From: Candidatus Zixiibacteriota bacterium
GTDB lineage: Bacteria > Zixibacteria > MSB-5A5 > GN15 > FEB-12
Direction: 5' to 3'
NCBI GenBank assembly: GCA_020351995.1
Contig: CP070674.1
Span: 1,413,307-1,477,306 of the forward strand
Length of the DNA: 64,000 nt
The notes below the pieces were generated by a model, which worked only from the letters and a program-made list of their open reading frames with translations, was not told the origin of the DNA and did no database searches. This document shows positions 53,365-62,337 of the stretch, piece by piece (position 1 is the first letter of the stretch; every line of letters begins with the position of its first letter). The position numbers were made by a program, and so were the translations under genes.

Positions 53365-54822
53365 TTAGTTCCAGTGAGTCTTAACGTTTACGAAAAGAGT
53401 CTTGTTGTTTCGCCAGACAAAGAAAATGACTTCGGCCGGTTTCGTCTCCTGGACCTCATCCATAATAGGTTTTATATCGTCTATCGTCTCAACCGCCACA
53501 TCTCCCACCTTCTGGATAACATCACCAATAGCCAGACCTTCAAGCGCGGCCAGCCCGCCCTGTTTGAGTTCTGAAACGACGACCCCGTGAAAGGTCTCGG
53601 GATCCTGATTATAGAACAGGTAGTCCGCGAAAACCAGGTCGCGCACCTTGAATTCCAGGGCTTCACTTTCGTACTCGGGAGCGTCAGCGGCAGCCAGCGG
53701 GGCCGCCTCCAGGGTCGCGAGCACCCGAAGCGTGTCTACCCGATCATCACTAACCCGAAGAATCGAAAATTCGACCGCTGTCCCGGGTCCCAGGTCGGCT
53801 ATGAATCGCTGGAAAACAGGTATCTTCTCATCCTTGTCGACCTCAACCGGTTGACCGTTGACTTCGTAGACAATATCCCCAATCTCCAAACCGGCCTGTT
53901 CGGCGGGGGAACCCTTTACGACATCATTGACGATTATCCCGCTGGAAGTCTCCAGCCCCCAGAAGTCGGCAATGTCTTCCGTTAACGCCTGAAGCGTAAT
54001 GCCCAGCCAGCCCCGGTCGATCTTTCCCTTTTCAGGGGGGTCAGCAATTAGTTCGGAAAGTCGATCCCCGGTCACGACTCCCAGTAAAGGCATGCCGAAT
54101 CTTTCAAAAGAGTTCATCATACCACCGGGATCAATGCCGGATACGGCCGGGTCTTCGAGTTGGCCAAGAACGCCGACTGGCTGTAAGGCCTCGTTGAATA
54201 GAACCGAGGCTATCTGAAGAGAGCTGAAGCCAACGGTCAGGGGGAAATACTCCGGTGACTCCACGATGGTCGATATCATACCGACATCAACTGCCAGCGG
54301 CGGACTCACAAACTCCGGCAAAAGCATAAAGAGCGCCAGCCACCGGCCGGTATTGAATTTCTGAGTGGTCGTGAAAGTTATCGGTACAAATTCGTCCGGT
54401 CCGACACCCTCAATCCGCAGGAAGCCGATTTTGGTGTACCGGTCGACGCCCACGTACTCGCCCGTGAAACTCCGGCCGTCAAGGGTTGTAACCTCTATAT
54501 TCGTTGGTTTCGTCCTTATCGAGAAACCGGCAAACGACGACGAGGAGTTATCGGTCGCCAGAGAAGCACCATCGAAAAGAACCAGCCCGTCACTCGATAC
54601 GATCGTGCCGAGCAGACGGTCCTCCTGTTCATTCACATGAACGCCGAACGAGATCTCTAACTTCATGTCGATTACGACCGTGTATCCCTTTATGGCCTGC
54701 CCGAGCTTCTCAAAATCAAAATTCTGCGAATAACTGGACTGCCATAGTGCCGCCGACACCAGACCGAGGGCAAGGATTGTTGCTCGGAGAAGAACCTGCA
54801 CGCCAGATTTACTGCTCATCAA
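53365..54822 (-). CDS. HtrA-like protein lacking the catalytic triad (pseudoprotease) with two PDZ domains
   Basis: 485 aa with a signal peptide. The HtrA-like N-half carries FDGAS in place of TN.HV, YTKIGFLRI in place of TDIAVIKL, and no GNSGG. The PDZ blocks are retained (RGWLGITLQ...GSPAEQAGLEIGDIVYEVNG; LAALEGLAIGDVIQKVG). It overlaps the upstream active HtrA by 14 nt. Confidence 0.8.
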   Translation of the reverse strand: MMSSKSGVQVLLRATILALGLVSAALWQSSYSQNFDFEKLGQAIKGYTVVIDMKLEISFGVHVNEQEDRLLGTIVSSDGLVLFDGASLATDNSSSSFAGFSIRTKPTNIEVTTLDGRSFTGEYVGVDRYTKIGFLRIEGVGPDEFVPITFTTTQKFNTGRWLALFMLLPEFVSPPLAVDVGMISTIVESPEYFPLTVGFSSLQIASVLFNEALQPVGVLGQLEDPAVSGIDPGGMMNSFERFGMPLLGVVTGDRLSELIADPPEKGKIDRGWLGITLQALTEDIADFWGLETSSGIIVNDVVKGSPAEQAGLEIGDIVYEVNGQPVEVDKDEKIPVFQRFIADLGPGTAVEFSILRVSDDRVDTLRVLATLEAAPLAAADAPEYESEALEFKVRDLVFADYLFYNQDPETFHGVVVSELKQGGLAALEGLAIGDVIQKVGDVAVETIDDIKPIMDEVQETKPAEVIFFVWRNNKTLFVNVKTHWN

Positions 54823-56182
54823 CTATTTCTCCCGTTTTTTCTTCAATCTTAATCGGCACAAAGCGCGTGGCGCCACCCCTCCTTATGGTCAGAAGAGCTT
54901 TTTCGGCTTCCTGCCTCGTCAGATTATTGTATGCTTCCACAAAGTCGGCCAGGGAATTGATCGTACTCTTATCAACCTTTTTCACCACGTCGCTGCGGCG
55001 CAGGCCTCCTTCATCAGCTGTGCTGACCGCTTTTACACCAATCACCATCACACCGAGAGTGTCCTCAAGTTGATTATCAATTTGCATCTGCTTGGTGATT
55101 GCCTTAACCGTAAATCCCCACCCTTTGCATTCGAAATCTTCACCCTGGAGATCCCCAAGTTCTTTCGTAACTACCTTGAACTTGTGATGCTGGTCGCCCC
55201 GCAGGACTTTCAGCGTTATCTCGGAACCGGGTTCTCGATGCGCGATCAGGCTGTAGAAGGCCGGAAGTTCCTCGACAAATCGCCCCGCCACCGGCTGATC
55301 GTCAACTTCGAGTATAACGTCACCGGCTTTCAAAAAACTCTTCTCCGCGGGCGAACCGGGATCAATGGATGAGACCAGCACGCCCACATCCCGATCGGTA
55401 CCGAAGTAATCCTCCAGCTCCTGAAGGGCCTGACAGTGAACACCTATCCAGCTACGTATCACTTTGCCCTGAGATAGAATCGAGGCGGTGGCTTCTTTAA
55501 CAATGTTTATCGGTATCGCGAAGCCGATATTATTGGCGAACCAGGTTCCTCGCGAGTTTATGCCAATTACGCGACCGGACAGGTCAACCAGCGGGCCACC
55601 CGAATTGCCCGGGTTAATGGCCGCGTCGGTCTGAATCCAGAGGTTGTATTGACCCGTGCGTTCACCCGTGGGAAGGCGAACATCTCCACTGAAATAGCGG
55701 TCCTTGGTGGAGATGACACCCGCCGAAACCGACCTGGAGAGGGCCAATGGTGAACCCATCGCAATCACATACTGACCCACTGCGATCGAATCGGAATCGC
55801 CAAATTCCGCCACCATCACCTCTCCCGTGTATTCAGACAAATCCAGTTTGATTACAGCGATATCGGTCAGCGGGTCGCCGCCCACAAATTCAGCCGGGAC
55901 AATCTCGCGGTCGGCAAGAGTGCACAAAATCCGCTCGGCTTTCGCGGTCACATGATAGTTGGTTACGACATACCCGTCGGCATGGAAAATTACGCCGGAT
56001 CCGACCACTTGCTGCTTTTCCAGTTCACCGGTATTGTAATTCTTCACCACCGGTTGAATATGAACGAGTGCTGGCATCACCCTGTCCCTGGCAAAATATA
56101 TCTCATTCTGAACCGTTCCGGCACGCGCGACGGCCGTTACCATTATCGGGACCAAAAGAATGATAAGTGTAATTCTAGACAT
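54809..56182 (-). CDS. HtrA/DegQ-family serine protease with two PDZ domains (catalytically intact)
   Basis: 457 aa with TNYHVTA, LTDIAVIKLD and GNSGGPLVDLSGRVIGINS. Confidence 0.9.
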   Translation of the reverse strand: MSRITLIILLVPIMVTAVARAGTVQNEIYFARDRVMPALVHIQPVVKNYNTGELEKQQVVGSGVIFHADGYVVTNYHVTAKAERILCTLADREIVPAEFVGGDPLTDIAVIKLDLSEYTGEVMVAEFGDSDSIAVGQYVIAMGSPLALSRSVSAGVISTKDRYFSGDVRLPTGERTGQYNLWIQTDAAINPGNSGGPLVDLSGRVIGINSRGTWFANNIGFAIPINIVKEATASILSQGKVIRSWIGVHCQALQELEDYFGTDRDVGVLVSSIDPGSPAEKSFLKAGDVILEVDDQPVAGRFVEELPAFYSLIAHREPGSEITLKVLRGDQHHKFKVVTKELGDLQGEDFECKGWGFTVKAITKQMQIDNQLEDTLGVMVIGVKAVSTADEGGLRRSDVVKKVDKSTINSLADFVEAYNNLTRQEAEKALLTIRRGGATRFVPIKIEEKTGEIVDEQ

Positions 56183-56382
56183 TGACTTTCCTGGATATGT
56201 TGGTTCTTCGCATCTCTTAAACAGAATTTAGCTGTGCTGGTTCAAAAGTAAACTAAAAAACCGCCTGCTGCCGGCTACAGGAGCGTCTTATAACCGTCAA
56301 CAGGCGATGATTTCAGCGTCGGGAATACCGGCGCCGGTCTGCTGCCTCTCTACCTATGTCAGCCGGCGGTCAGGGCACCGCT

Positions 56383-57231
56383 TCATTTCCAGTAAACATC
56401 CACTGAACCCAGACCGACCGAGATTTCGAGAGTTATTCGCGTATTAGCTCCATCGAAATCGTCGGACTCGTAAACGTCATCGTCCACTTCATCCATGTCA
56501 CGGTTGTGGAGATCGACCGAGGATAACCAGTTGTCGCCCTCGGTTTCGATACGGAAAGGAACACCATCGGGCAGAGTAATATCCGCCGAGCCAAGGCCTA
56601 TGTCGACACTTATCACCGATTCGCCGGAATACTCGCCCCGGAGATCAAGTTCAAAGGAACCTGCCCCACCGTCGAAATCAAAATACTCGAAATTGGCGTT
56701 GCCCACGCTGTGAATCTCAACGGAGGACGCCCCGGCATCAATATCGATTTCTTCCAGCCGGATAGGGTTGGGCTCGGAGAACTCCAGCACAGCCGAGGCC
56801 GCGCCAACGTCAAGCGAAAATTCCTGAAGAGGTATTCCTCCCAGGTCAATGTCGGCGTCACAGGCCCCAATATCCATCTCGATAGATGTCGGATACTTCT
56901 TGGATAACACAATGTCCCAGCGATTATCGTCCGTGTCGATGTTGGTCGATGAACGATGTTCACTTTCCAGGTCTATAAAGCAGGTACCTCGTTTCTCCGC
57001 GTAATCAACCAAATATTCGACCCGGCGCGGATCATAGGTGATATCAATTACGGCTGCCTCGGCCATGTCCTTCGACCGAACCGTAAACTCTCCTGCCCCC
57101 AGATCGCATCGAACGAATACTTCATCAGCATTCTTTAATTCTACTGTATCGCTGACGTGCTCTTTTCTGTCAGCCACGACCGAACCGGAAAGAAGCATAA
57201 TCGCCGCAAGAACAACAATCCATCTATTCAT
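56383..57231 (-). CDS. Exported Toastrack-type (DUF2154/DUF4097-like) beta-rich protein
   Basis: 282 aa with a signal peptide. Repetitive D/G-rich short strands are typical of the LiaF/PspC-associated Toastrack fold: DIGACDADIDLGG, DVGAASAVLEF, IDAGASSVEIH, FDGGAGSFELDL and DIGLGSADITL. Confidence 0.55.
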   Translation of the reverse strand: MNRWIVVLAAIMLLSGSVVADRKEHVSDTVELKNADEVFVRCDLGAGEFTVRSKDMAEAAVIDITYDPRRVEYLVDYAEKRGTCFIDLESEHRSSTNIDTDDNRWDIVLSKKYPTSIEMDIGACDADIDLGGIPLQEFSLDVGAASAVLEFSEPNPIRLEEIDIDAGASSVEIHSVGNANFEYFDFDGGAGSFELDLRGEYSGESVISVDIGLGSADITLPDGVPFRIETEGDNWLSSVDLHNRDMDEVDDDVYESDDFDGANTRITLEISVGLGSVDVYWK

Positions 57232-57276
57232 AGCCTAATCTCCCAAAATTGATATTCTACTTGCCTTTATATAAGA

Positions 57277-58521
57277 TTACGAGCCGGCAGGACCGGAGGT
57301 TTCATCCTCATTCTCCCCGTCGAAAACCCCGGGCGTAGGTTCCGGGGGCGTCTTGGGAATAGGTGGCGGAGCCGGGGTTACGGTTGCTCCGGCTCGCCGC
57401 TGACGCTCTTTCCAGGGAATGTACACTTTGAAGCCGAACCGCGTCATTACTGCTCCCCCAACACCAGTCAAAATAGGGTAAGTACTCAGAACTATTGAAA
57501 CCACCAGGAAGAAAACCCCAAAACCGCGAGCTACGTCGGCGCTTGCCCTCAGCAGGGCCGCCGTTAAGAACCACAGCGCCATGAACGCCAGTATCCCCAC
57601 CATTGACCGTAGTAACACGTTAGATCCGGGGCCCTCAAACCTCGCCAGAACCACCCGGCCAACATCTTCACCAAATGCGACTACTCCGAGTAAGATCGCA
57701 AACAGGTAGACAAAAGGTACAAACGGTAAGAGTACTACACCGACGATGGTAATTGCCACCAACACCAATATGAATGGCATCAGCAACATGAAGAAAAGCC
57801 CGATAAGATAAGCCTTGAGCCTGTTCTCAGAGAGACAGGTCTTGAAATTTGCGGTCTGACGGGGCAAAAGCGTCACAATCAAAAAACCGAAGAATAAGAA
57901 GACACTGGTGAATATCACGATCAGAATCATCCCGACATCGGAGCCGGGCGGCGGTATGTAATCTCCCGGATCGATGTCAACGATCACCCGCTCACCCAGA
58001 ATTTGCCCCCCCGGTTTGACCACGATTTCCGAGGCAGTAACGTCCCCATCGACCCTCCCGCCTCCCGCAATCAGTACCCGGTTATTTATGGATGTTACAT
58101 CGCCTTTGACCCACCCCCGAATCGTTACCCGACCCAGCGCGATGATATTCCCATCGACATACTCGTCATAGTCAATCACAATCCGTTGGACGACCGGCTT
58201 TACTTTCACCTCCCGCGAGTCACGTTCCTCGACCGGAGCATATACATCACCCAGCTCGTCGGGGGCCTCGGGCGCCTCGACATCCTCACCATCGCCCGGA
58301 ATTCCGACTACAAAGACGCCCCTGTCAAAGTCGTAGTACCAGTCATAGCCGGCCGTGTCAACGGCCGCGACGCCGTCTGCAGTCAGTGTTATTTCATTGA
58401 AAACGGTGTCGGAAGGCGCGTATTCGCCGGCCTCGTCCTGCGCCCGCGATACGGCCACGCTTGCCGAAAGCAAAAGGACGGAGGCAAATAGCACCTGTGT
58501 GCCCACCGGGGGGATTCTCAT
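57277..58521 (-). CDS. Membrane protein with exported bactofilin-like (DUF583) beta-helix segment, about 5 TM segments and a Pro-rich tail
   Basis: 414 aa with signal-like MRIPPVGTQVLFASVLLLSASVAVSRA. The block GNIIALGRVTIRGWVKGDVTSINNRVLIAGGGRVDGDVTASEIVVKPGGQILGERV follows the bactofilin repeat pattern. The C-terminus reads TPAPPPIPKTPPEPTPG. Confidence 0.6.
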   Translation of the reverse strand: MRIPPVGTQVLFASVLLLSASVAVSRAQDEAGEYAPSDTVFNEITLTADGVAAVDTAGYDWYYDFDRGVFVVGIPGDGEDVEAPEAPDELGDVYAPVEERDSREVKVKPVVQRIVIDYDEYVDGNIIALGRVTIRGWVKGDVTSINNRVLIAGGGRVDGDVTASEIVVKPGGQILGERVIVDIDPGDYIPPPGSDVGMILIVIFTSVFLFFGFLIVTLLPRQTANFKTCLSENRLKAYLIGLFFMLLMPFILVLVAITIVGVVLLPFVPFVYLFAILLGVVAFGEDVGRVVLARFEGPGSNVLLRSMVGILAFMALWFLTAALLRASADVARGFGVFFLVVSIVLSTYPILTGVGGAVMTRFGFKVYIPWKERQRRAGATVTPAPPPIPKTPPEPTPGVFDGENEDETSGPAGS

Positions 58522-58549
58522 CGTTACATCCTATGTATTCTGCCGATGC

Positions 58550-59464
58550 CTAGTAAAGCACAACATCGACATCACCAGTGCCCGAGGAAAGCGATATGGT
58601 CGGCCCGCCGTTTCCAAACTGACCCACCAATCGCTTGCCCGATACAGATTTTATCGTCACTGGTATTTGCGTACGTATTTCTCCGGCTTCGGTTTCGATA
58701 TCCAGCAAACCTGATGATGATACCGGCACCGAGAAAGTAATAGAACCGCTCGCTGTCTCAACAAAATAGTCTTTGGGGCTGTCCAGTTCCGTCTGGACTT
58801 TTACCTCGCCCGCCGACGTGGAAAGGTCAATAGCCCCCCGAACCTGTATGATGGAGATCGCGCTGGACGTCGACTTGACTCTGATATCCCCTTCAATCCA
58901 GTGCAGGTCAATTTGCCCCGTCGGCTGTACCAAGGCCACTGATCCAAATATGTACTCGCCGGTAGTCGTACCACCCGAATTCTCCACAACCACGTCTCCC
59001 TCGACGGAGGAAATACTAACATCACCGTTCATGCTCACAATCGATACCGACGAGTTAATCGGCACGGTAATCTGAAAATCAACAGCCCCGTACGAGTCTT
59101 TGCCGGCTGTGCCAAGCAGACGGCTCCAGAATGAGCGACCGCGGTTAAGCATTTTCAGATAATGCGTTTCGATTTCTACGTGTCGGTCGTCCGATTTCAC
59201 TTTGATCTCAACGTGATCAGCAACTTCTTCGGCCTCATCCCGGTTTGAACCTCGTACTTTCTTAATAGCCTCGATAATGACACGACCATCGCTGCCACCG
59301 GTGACAGTCACATCACCCTTGACGGAATACAGGTCCAGCTCCACGGGTTCATCGATTTCAAGAATCTTCTGATATTCAAACGAGAATTCCTCACCGCTGA
59401 CCGGCAGACCCAGACCAAAGACAATTACCGCTGCGGGGAGCAGCCTGATAAGCAACCAACGCAT
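58550..59464 (-). CDS. DUF4097/Toastrack-domain protein with N-terminal signal anchor
   Basis: 304 aa. It starts directly with a hydrophobic segment (MRWLLIRLLPAAVIVFGLGLPVSG). Repeated G(D/S)V.V strands follow: KGDVTVTGGSDGRVIIEA, NGDVSISSVEGDVVVEN and GTGDVDVVLY. Confidence 0.65.
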   Translation of the reverse strand: MRWLLIRLLPAAVIVFGLGLPVSGEEFSFEYQKILEIDEPVELDLYSVKGDVTVTGGSDGRVIIEAIKKVRGSNRDEAEEVADHVEIKVKSDDRHVEIETHYLKMLNRGRSFWSRLLGTAGKDSYGAVDFQITVPINSSVSIVSMNGDVSISSVEGDVVVENSGGTTTGEYIFGSVALVQPTGQIDLHWIEGDIRVKSTSSAISIIQVRGAIDLSTSAGEVKVQTELDSPKDYFVETASGSITFSVPVSSSGLLDIETEAGEIRTQIPVTIKSVSGKRLVGQFGNGGPTISLSSGTGDVDVVLY

Positions 59465-59490
59465 AATCTTTGCCGTCCTGTTTTCACCGG

Positions 59491-60057
59491 CTATACCACC
59501 GATTTCAACCTTTTCTTTAGCAGCTCCCGGGCTCTGAAAATCCGGGCTTTGACGGTACCAACCGGTATACTCAGTAAATCGGCTATTTCCTCGTATGATT
59601 TATCGTCTTTGTGACGGTAAATTATTACCTCACGGTACTTATCCGGCAGAGAGGCAATGGCTTCTTCGATATTATAGCGCTGCTCCTTTCGCTCCAGTTG
59701 CTTTTCGGGGTTGAACGAATGGTCGGCTACCTCAATCCCCACCGCTCCGTCCTTAGTCTGAACTTCCTGATCCAGTGACAGGGCGCTGATGCGCTTCTTC
59801 CGGAGATAATCGATAGAGCAGTTGGCCGCGATTTTGTAAAGCCAGGTCGAGAATCTGTACTCGGAACGGTAGCTGCCGAGCGAAGAAAAGGCCTTCATAA
59901 AGGTCTCTTGTACCAGGTCATGGGCAGTCTCGCTGTTGCGCACTATCTTGAAGATAATGTGATAGATGGCCAGGCGATGCCTTTCGGTCAGGTTTTCATA
60001 GGCCTTTTGGTTGCCTTTCAAAGCCTCGGATATAACTTGTGTCTCGTCGTCGTACAA
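59491..60057 (-). CDS. ECF-type RNA polymerase sigma factor
   Basis: 188 aa. Region 2 reads AHDLVQETFMKAF...FSTWLYKIAANCSIDYLR. Region 4 reads EIADLLSIPVGTVKARIFRARELLKK. TTG start in the ORF track with an AAGGA upstream. Confidence 0.9.
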   Translation of the reverse strand: MYDDETQVISEALKGNQKAYENLTERHRLAIYHIIFKIVRNSETAHDLVQETFMKAFSSLGSYRSEYRFSTWLYKIAANCSIDYLRKKRISALSLDQEVQTKDGAVGIEVADHSFNPEKQLERKEQRYNIEEAIASLPDKYREVIIYRHKDDKSYEEIADLLSIPVGTVKARIFRARELLKKRLKSVV

Positions 60058-60249
60058 CCGAATCCTTCTGCCCGTTTTGTTAATCCACTTCCCTGGCTCG
60101 ATTTAGCCGGTATATAATAAGCAACCTGAAATCTACTCACAAGGGAAAAGTCTGAACGCAGTCGGAACACGCAAGCGCTTGAGGGAAACTAAAGAATGGT
60201 TCAGAATGAAACACTCGCCTCAACATCGGTTTAACCGATTAGCATCGAG

Positions 60250-61440
60250 TCAATCCGTCGCTCCAGTAACTTCTCTAAAGTGCTCAGGGTCGGTATCACC
60301 CTCGGTATTGAAGACCAGGATTGTTGAATCGGATCCGATTTCCAATCGCTCTTTGGCTTCCGCCAGCTTCTCCGCCGTCGCAAGAGCAATCAGGGCCGCC
60401 AGGCCGGCGGCTCCGGATTCTCCGGATATAACCCGAGGATCATCACCGACAGGGTGGTAGAATTGCCGCATGGCCTTGCGGCATGACTCGTCTGATATCG
60501 CCACAGCCAAGCGAAAGCCGTCCCGAATGAGCGGCCATGCGTTCAGTGATGGTGTGCCGCAATTTAGCCCGGCCATAATGGTCCTGAGACTCCCCCGGCT
60601 CGATCTGAGCTCGCCGTCGCCATGGCGAATCGATTCCAGAATGCAGTCAGCCTCGGTCGGCTCAACCCCGATCAGAAGCGGTGGGTTTCTCTTCTGCAGG
60701 TAATACCAGGCGGCCGCCCCGGCAAAACTACCCACGCCCACCTGGAATATGGCATGACTCGGCGGTGTTTCGGCACTGTCATCTAACGCCCGGTCAATTT
60801 CTCTAAACATGGTTGTATAAGCAGCCATAATCCAGGCCGACACCTCCGTGTATCCCGGGTACGAAGTATCCGATATGACGTGCCAGCCCTGTTCCTCGGC
60901 ATCCTGAGCCATCCGCTTGAGCGTCTGGTCATAGCTGCCATCCACCACGACTACCTCCGCACCTTCCTTCCGGATATTGTCAATCCGGGCTTTCACGGCA
61001 CACGAGGGAATGTAGATAACGGCCCGCTGGCCGATCTTGTTGGCGAACCAGGCTACCGCTCGGCCATGATTACCATCCGTCGCGGTGCAAAACGGACGCA
61101 GATCAATCTGAGCCAGCAGGGCAGGATCATAAAGATTCGCTATCTCGAATTTGACGCCAAAACGATTTTCCCACACTCTCTTGATGAACCTGTAAATGGC
61201 ATAAGACGCTCCCATCGACTTGAATGCCTTGAGGCCGAACCGATGAGATTCGTCTTTCACCAGAATCTCCCGGACCCCGATTTTACGGGCTAAACAGGAA
61301 AGGCGCACCAGTGGGGTAAAACTGTACCCCGGCACGGAACGATGGAACTCTTCAATGTCTTCGCTCAGAAACGCGGTGTATTCCGGGTCGCTCCAGACAG
61401 GGTTGTCGGTCACATGCCGGTTGAGGCTGTAATCGCACAT
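60250..61440 (-). CDS. dpaL: Diaminopropionate ammonia-lyase (PLP-dependent)
   Basis: 396 aa, collinear with E. coli YgeX as I recall it: ILVKDESHRFGLKAFKSMGASYAI, TATDGNHGRAVAW, RVISGESGAAGL and NTEGDTDPEHFREV. Confidence 0.85.
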   Translation of the reverse strand: MCDYSLNRHVTDNPVWSDPEYTAFLSEDIEEFHRSVPGYSFTPLVRLSCLARKIGVREILVKDESHRFGLKAFKSMGASYAIYRFIKRVWENRFGVKFEIANLYDPALLAQIDLRPFCTATDGNHGRAVAWFANKIGQRAVIYIPSCAVKARIDNIRKEGAEVVVVDGSYDQTLKRMAQDAEEQGWHVISDTSYPGYTEVSAWIMAAYTTMFREIDRALDDSAETPPSHAIFQVGVGSFAGAAAWYYLQKRNPPLLIGVEPTEADCILESIRHGDGELRSSRGSLRTIMAGLNCGTPSLNAWPLIRDGFRLAVAISDESCRKAMRQFYHPVGDDPRVISGESGAAGLAALIALATAEKLAEAKERLEIGSDSTILVFNTEGDTDPEHFREVTGATD

Positions 61441-61684
61441 AGTCTCAAACTACGGTTACAGTGGGAGGTTTTCAAGGCCTTTGTTGATACGTCGCCTTGA
61501 GTGGTCCGACAAACAGCCGGATACACTCCAGCCTCGACGCGACCGCGCCGACCTCGACAGCAGCCGCCATGGCAAAAAACGATTACCTTCCTCAATCCGG
61601 GGACTGAGGTCTATTTTTCACAAGGAGCTTCGCGCAGATACTTCGAGAATTAATGCCGCCCTTTGAATCGCTGAACGAGCGGCA

Positions 61685-62089
61685 CTAATACTTAATCACA
61701 CGAGGTAAAGTCTTGGCAGTCTCGACCCAGGTCGCAACAGTCGTACGGGATGGTACTTGCCGAACCAGGTTTTTTTGCTCATTGACATCGATCAACACGT
61801 CGTAAAGGTTCTCCGGGTTGCGCTTGGCCATCTCAGGGACCGTGTCGATTCCCGCGGCCTCCAACAGATCCGAGTATTCTTCCCCGATCCCTTTAATCCT
61901 GAAGAGGTCCGACAGGTTTACCCAGCGCAGGATTCTCTCCTCACCGATGCCGGTCATCTGAGCTATTTCTTTTCTGCCTTTGGGAGTAGCTCCCCTTTCC
62001 AGCAGAACCTCTGTCGTGGTAATGCCGGAACTTTTGAGCTTCTCGACAAAGGTCGGTCCAATGGCCTCGATTCTGTTGAGCTTTGTCAT
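61685..62089 (-). CDS. DUF4332-type helix-hairpin-helix protein
   Basis: 134 aa with IEAIGPTFVEKLKSSGI and FRIKGIGEEYSDLLEAAGIDTVPEMA (tandem HhH-like). Confidence 0.6.
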   Translation of the reverse strand: MTKLNRIEAIGPTFVEKLKSSGITTTEVLLERGATPKGRKEIAQMTGIGEERILRWVNLSDLFRIKGIGEEYSDLLEAAGIDTVPEMAKRNPENLYDVLIDVNEQKNLVRQVPSRTTVATWVETAKTLPRVIKY

Positions 62090-62254
62090 GGTGACTCTCC
62101 TTGGTTTGTTTTTCTTTGATACCCTGCCGCTCCGCTGTCGTCACCCCTGAATTCTCTCACCCTGTCGGCCGACAGCAGAGTCCTTAAGAACAATGCGGTA
62201 TATATACGATGTCCCCTGTTCTTTGGAGGGGAACTGTTTGAGCCTCTTGAGCGC

Positions 62255-62279
62255 AAAAAAATAGACCCGCGGGGGGTCT
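62255..62279 (-). terminator. Intrinsic terminator after 62338..63780
   Basis: On the minus strand, AGACCC-cccgc-GGGTCT is followed by a T-run (TATTTTTTT). Confidence 0.7.
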
Positions 62280-62337
62280 CAAAACACCCGCAGATCCATA
62301 AGAACTTGGCCGTGTATGGCCAGATCGCCGCCGCGAA

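Noticed and set aside
52764-55073. Plus-strand ORFs 52764..53384 (206 aa) and 54504..55073 (189 aa).
   Set aside because: They are antisense to the kinase and to the HtrA genes, which are strongly supported.
60176-60206. ECF-type autoregulatory promoter candidate on the minus strand: TGAACC-attctttagtttccc-TCAAG.
   Set aside because: The spacing between the AAC and the TCAA is about 2 nt shorter than in the RpoE-type consensus I recall. The -10 part is not the CGT(C/T) type, so it is too weak to annotate.
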